Assembly: GCA_963809035.1 (NCBI GenBank)
Contig: CAWEHV010000002.1
Coordinates: 1,312,113 to 1,376,112, forward strand
Source: an uncultured Thermoplasmata archaeon
GTDB taxonomy: Archaea; Thermoplasmatota; Thermoplasmata; Lutacidiplasmatales; UBA184
Direction: 5' to 3'
DNA length: 64,000 bases
Shown: piece by piece, positions 60,645 to 64,000 of the stretch
How the letters are laid out: each line of letters opens with the position of its first letter
How positions within the stretch are numbered: position 1 is the first letter of the stretch
Translations under genes and position numbers: made by a program
Notes under the pieces: generated by a model
What the model saw: only the letters and a program-made list of their open reading frames with translations
The model's database searches: none
What the model was told of the DNA's origin: nothing

Positions 60645-63149
60645 CTATGGGTTCGATCCAGGAGGCGGGACGGTGGGTCCAGGCGATCCCTGCTGCGGAG
60701 AGCCCGGGGCGGGGGCCGACCCACGTCCTCTCCGCATCAGCACGACCGCCGCGATGATGACCAGGATCGCGAAGATGATCCCGATGAGCACGGAGAGTCC
60801 GGTGCCCGAGGTGAGCGAGAAGCCGCTCGAGGACGATGTTACGGTGATCGTGTCGTGCGCAGTGACCCTCTGGCCCAGGGCGTCCGTGATGACCAACGTG
60901 ACGGTGTACGTGCCCGCCGATCCGTAGGCATGGGTCGGGCCGCCGCTGGAACTAGTCCCGCCGTCGCCGAAGTTCCAGGCATAGGAGAGGGGCGGCGTCC
61001 CGTCGCTGGCCCCGGCGCCGAAGCTGACCGTCTCGCCGCTCGCCGGCGAGGAGGGGATTGCCGTGATCGTGGCTCCCGCGAGCGCCGCGTTGACGAAGAC
61101 GGTCAGGGAAGCCGTTCCCACGAACCCGAGACTGTCGGTCACGTTGATCTGGACGTGGTAGGTCCCCGCCGCCGCGAACGTGTGCGTCGCGGACGCGGTG
61201 CTGGCGGTCCCTCCGTCGCCGAAGCTCCAGTGGTACGACCCGTACGTGCCGCTCCCGGAGGATCCGGATCCGGTGAAGCTGACCGGCAGACCGGCGTCCG
61301 TCGTCGTCACGTTCGAGGAGGCATGCGCCACCACCGCCGCGATCACGTCGACGGTGACGTTCCCGGTGACGTTTCCCCCGCCCGAGTCGTGGATGAGCAA
61401 GCTCGCAACGTAGGTTCCCGGCGAGGCGTATGTGTGGGTGGGGGCCACGGCCGAGGAGGTGCCCGCATCTCCAAAGTTCCAGGAGTACGTGTACGGCGAG
61501 ACGCCCTGACTTACCGTGGCGTTGAAGCTCACCTCGTGTCCGGCCTCGGCAGTGGTCGGATCGGCGTAGACCGTTACCTGAGGGCCGGCCACGACGCTCA
61601 GGTTGTAGAATACCGTCGCGTTGACGTAGAAGAAGTCCTCGACCGTGAACTCCATTTCGTACGTGCCGACCGCGGGGTAGGAGAGTTGCGTTTGGCTGTA
61701 GTTCCAGGGGGTGGTGACGTTGACCCCGTAGATAGTGGTCGATCCGCCCTGCGAATTCCCGTAGTCGGCCTCAAGGTCGATCCAAGGTCCGGACCCGGCA
61801 CCCGCGGCTCCGTGGATCGTCACCGTTACGTTGGCGCCCACGTCGGCGGGATTGGGGGAAACGGCCGATACCTCGAAGGTCGGCGGGATGTCGAGGCTGT
61901 AGGTTTGCCCGATGCAGGAGCAATATCCTCCGATCAGGACGGGGGCATAGGCCGAGCTGTTGACCGGCATCGCATTGTAGGCTCCCTCGGGAGGCGCGTA
62001 GGAACTGTTGGTGAGGAAGGGGAACCAACTGTTCCCGGAGAACGACCAGGAATCGTTGAACCCGGCCCCGGTTGTGTTCAAGCCGCCAAAGAGCAGGATC
62101 GAGTCGGTCTGCCCGTCCCAACTCATCGCCGAGAACGACCGCCCCGTAGGGTACAGGTCGCAAGTGAAGAAGCAACCGACCGAGGAGGCGGTGCGGTTCG
62201 TCCAGGTCCCGTCGGCGAGGGTCCAAGTGGCATTCAGCTGGGCGCCACTCGGGCTCGTTCCCCCGTAGGCGACCATCTCCTGGTCGGCCGCATCGTACGC
62301 CATCGACTCCCCGTAGACGAATCCGAAGGCCTCGACCCCGGACCATGTGCCGGAGGGCCCGAGGGACCAAATCGCATTCCAGACACTGCCGCAGGTTTCG
62401 TTCGTGCAGCCACTGACGTAGTCGATCGACTGGGTGGCAGGGTCCCAAGCCATCGCTCCGAACACCGACGACGGCGAGGCGCCGAGCCCGCCGGTGGTGG
62501 ATGTGATGTTTTCCCAGGTGCCGTCGGTGAAGAGCCAGGTACCGACATCGGGCAACCCGTTCAGATCCCCACCTCCGGCCATCACGATGCCTTCCAAGGC
62601 CGGGTCCCAGTCCATCGACTGACCGGCGATCGGGGGAGGGGCGATTCCGATCGTTAGGCTCTCGTTGACCCAGTTGTTGCCCCCGAAAGCCCAGGTGTAG
62701 TTGTCGGGGCACGGCCCCAAGATATCGCAGCCACCGAAGTAAATCAGTTCCCCAGTGCCGAGGTTAGGATCCCAGGCGATGGCGGCGACATAGGTGGGGT
62801 CGATCGTGCCTGCGTCGTCCGTAACATTGTACCACGAGGGAGAATTGGTAACCGCAGGAGCGGCAGACAAGCGACAGTGGGCCGAGCCCGCCATGAGCAC
62901 GGCACACGACTCGGAATGACCCAGTGCCGGGCCGGCTCCTCTTGCGAGGGAGGCTTCGGCCGACTGGGATACCAGGGACTCGTGGACCGCCGCAAGGGGA
63001 GCGGTCGTGGACCCAGCCATCGGCGCGACGAAGAGAGAGGTCCGGTCCTGAAGGGCGTTATCTCCGCCAATGATGCCCACCGCGAAGCCTAAAATCATGA
63101 CCGACGCGACGATTTCGACCAAGGTTCGAGAGGGTCGGGCGGGTGCCAT
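60645..63149 (-). CDS. Surface protein with Kelch/galactose-oxidase-like beta-propeller region, three PKD domains and C-terminal TM anchor
   Basis: PKD signatures 'YSWNFGDAGTSSAVAPTHTYASPGTY', 'YHWSFGDGGTASTASATHTFAAAGTY' and 'YAWNFGDGGTSSSGGPTHAYGSAGTY'. The N-terminal half has repeated W/G-rich blades. C-terminus 'SSSSGFSLTSGTGLSVLIGIIFAILVIIAAVVLMRRGRGS'. Start taken at internal Met 63149, just before the signal/TM. Confidence 0.75.
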   Translation of the reverse strand: MAPARPSRTLVEIVASVMILGFAVGIIGGDNALQDRTSLFVAPMAGSTTAPLAAVHESLVSQSAEASLARGAGPALGHSESCAVLMAGSAHCRLSAAPAVTNSPSWYNVTDDAGTIDPTYVAAIAWDPNLGTGELIYFGGCDILGPCPDNYTWAFGGNNWVNESLTIGIAPPPIAGQSMDWDPALEGIVMAGGGDLNGLPDVGTWLFTDGTWENITSTTGGLGASPSSVFGAMAWDPATQSIDYVSGCTNETCGSVWNAIWSLGPSGTWSGVEAFGFVYGESMAYDAADQEMVAYGGTSPSGAQLNATWTLADGTWTNRTASSVGCFFTCDLYPTGRSFSAMSWDGQTDSILLFGGLNTTGAGFNDSWSFSGNSWFPFLTNSSYAPPEGAYNAMPVNSSAYAPVLIGGYCSCIGQTYSLDIPPTFEVSAVSPNPADVGANVTVTIHGAAGAGSGPWIDLEADYGNSQGGSTTIYGVNVTTPWNYSQTQLSYPAVGTYEMEFTVEDFFYVNATVFYNLSVVAGPQVTVYADPTTAEAGHEVSFNATVSQGVSPYTYSWNFGDAGTSSAVAPTHTYASPGTYVASLLIHDSGGGNVTGNVTVDVIAAVVAHASSNVTTTDAGLPVSFTGSGSSGSGTYGSYHWSFGDGGTASTASATHTFAAAGTYHVQINVTDSLGFVGTASLTVFVNAALAGATITAIPSSPASGETVSFGAGASDGTPPLSYAWNFGDGGTSSSGGPTHAYGSAGTYTVTLVITDALGQRVTAHDTITVTSSSSGFSLTSGTGLSVLIGIIFAILVIIAAVVLMRRGRGSAPAPGSPQQGSPGPTVPPPGSNP

Positions 63150-64000
63150 ATGATTTGACCGTCGCCCCCCTATTTGGCTCCTTTGGCCCGGGCTCCATAT
63201 TCCACCGAGGTAAAATCGCTCGCTGGTCCCGGAGCCGCCGGCCCGGTCCCGTCGCTTAAAGCATGAATTTGACCTATCCATACATATGTAGATGCATATG
63301 CATATTTGATGACGTACGGGGCGGTGGATCCAGGACCGCGATTCATTCGTTCGATCTCAGGTCCTACGTTGCGGGAACGGCGTCAGCGTAGCTGCTTCAG
63401 GGCACGAGTATCAGCTCGCCGCTCAGCCCCGGGCCACCGCGAATAAGGGTTCACGTGACCTCAGATACTACAAACACTTCTTCCACGCTTCTTTGATAAG
63501 CCCTATGCGTTACTGCAGGGAGCAGGGAGCCCACCGGCCCCCATTGGAGGCCAAGAGGCTGTGGCCTACGCCAATCACCCCGCTCAAAAGAATTAGACCG
63601 GCGGAGAGAGACGGTGGGGGAAGGATCGAGGCGCCCAATTGATCGCGCCGAAGGAGGGAACTGGGATGACGTTCCTTAGTAACTGGAGTGCTGGGGCAGG
63701 CGTACGTTGGGGGCCACCCTCCATGAGGGCCCGGACCCAACTCTACGAGTGTTTTCAGGGTTCGTATAACTCCAGTTATACAATATCACCGTCAGGGAAG
63801 GTCGATCCGGCCCGGGCCGCACCTCCCCCCAAATAGCACATAATCAAGAATTAGGGATGCATTATACGGTATACTAGCTACTTGGGATGGGTCCTCATGA
63901 AACAGGTCGATCCCGCTGTCTGGGGCCTGCATTAGGCCCCCTGGGCGCGAAAGTGGCCCGGAGGGCCGTTTCCGACGTCCTCCTCAGACCCTGACCCACG

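Noticed and set aside
1-64000. Search for tRNA/rRNA genes and CRISPR arrays
   Set aside because: No T-loop 'GGTTCGAATCC'-type signatures with an acceptor stem context were found, no rRNA-like conserved blocks, and no spaced identical short repeats. The only short repeats are the intergenic elements reported above.

Overview
This 64 kb window is high-GC (roughly 60-65 %) and almost certainly archaeal. The basis is an archaeal class-III (type-IV-pilin-like) signal peptide, two thermopsin (peptidase A5)-like domains, YVTN beta-propeller repeats, and several VapBC and other toxin-antitoxin pairs.

It is dominated by giant, sequon-rich (N-x-S/T) secreted or anchored surface proteins: 102-5123, 27159-30371, 31109-32680, 40884-44754, 44893-49878, and on the minus strand 54808-57597, 57703-60459 and 60645-63149. 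Five of these share a previously unnamed ~90-aa tandem-repeat module, 'YSVxFxESGLPSGxTWxVTVNG...TEPTLVY', present in 24 copies in the first gene. Most end in a conserved tripartite C-terminus: a Ser/Gly-rich linker, a 'GLSTLDW/GLSTFDY' motif, a TM helix, and an RRGRGG basic tail. This looks like an undescribed archaeosortase-type sorting signal.

Between about 9.0 and 21.6 kb sits a lower-GC island (about 50 %) of glycosylation genes (GT2, GT4, methyltransferase, a polytopic membrane protein). At least three glycosyltransferases there, plus one ~730-aa surface-protein gene, are split across reading frames and look like pseudogenes. The long surface-protein ORFs remain intact, which argues against a generally high indel error rate.

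Other content:
- a dense toxin-antitoxin region at 35-39 kb: three VapBC pairs, two of them paralogous and inverted, plus an orphan antitoxin;
- a DUF4258-like toxin paired with a Zn-ribbon-AbrB protein at 26.1-26.7 kb;
- a RelE-like remnant next to an antitoxin at 5.6-6.1 kb;
- an archaeal pilin gene at 33005-33616;
- housekeeping-type genes: aldo-keto reductase (frameshifted), SemiSWEET, PhzF, two SRPBCC proteins, a methyltransferase, an NAD-dependent epimerase;
- a recurring intergenic repeat element in 3 copies.

No rRNA, tRNA or CRISPR array was recognised. Many long antisense 'shadow' ORFs in the ORF track are artefacts of high GC and were rejected.
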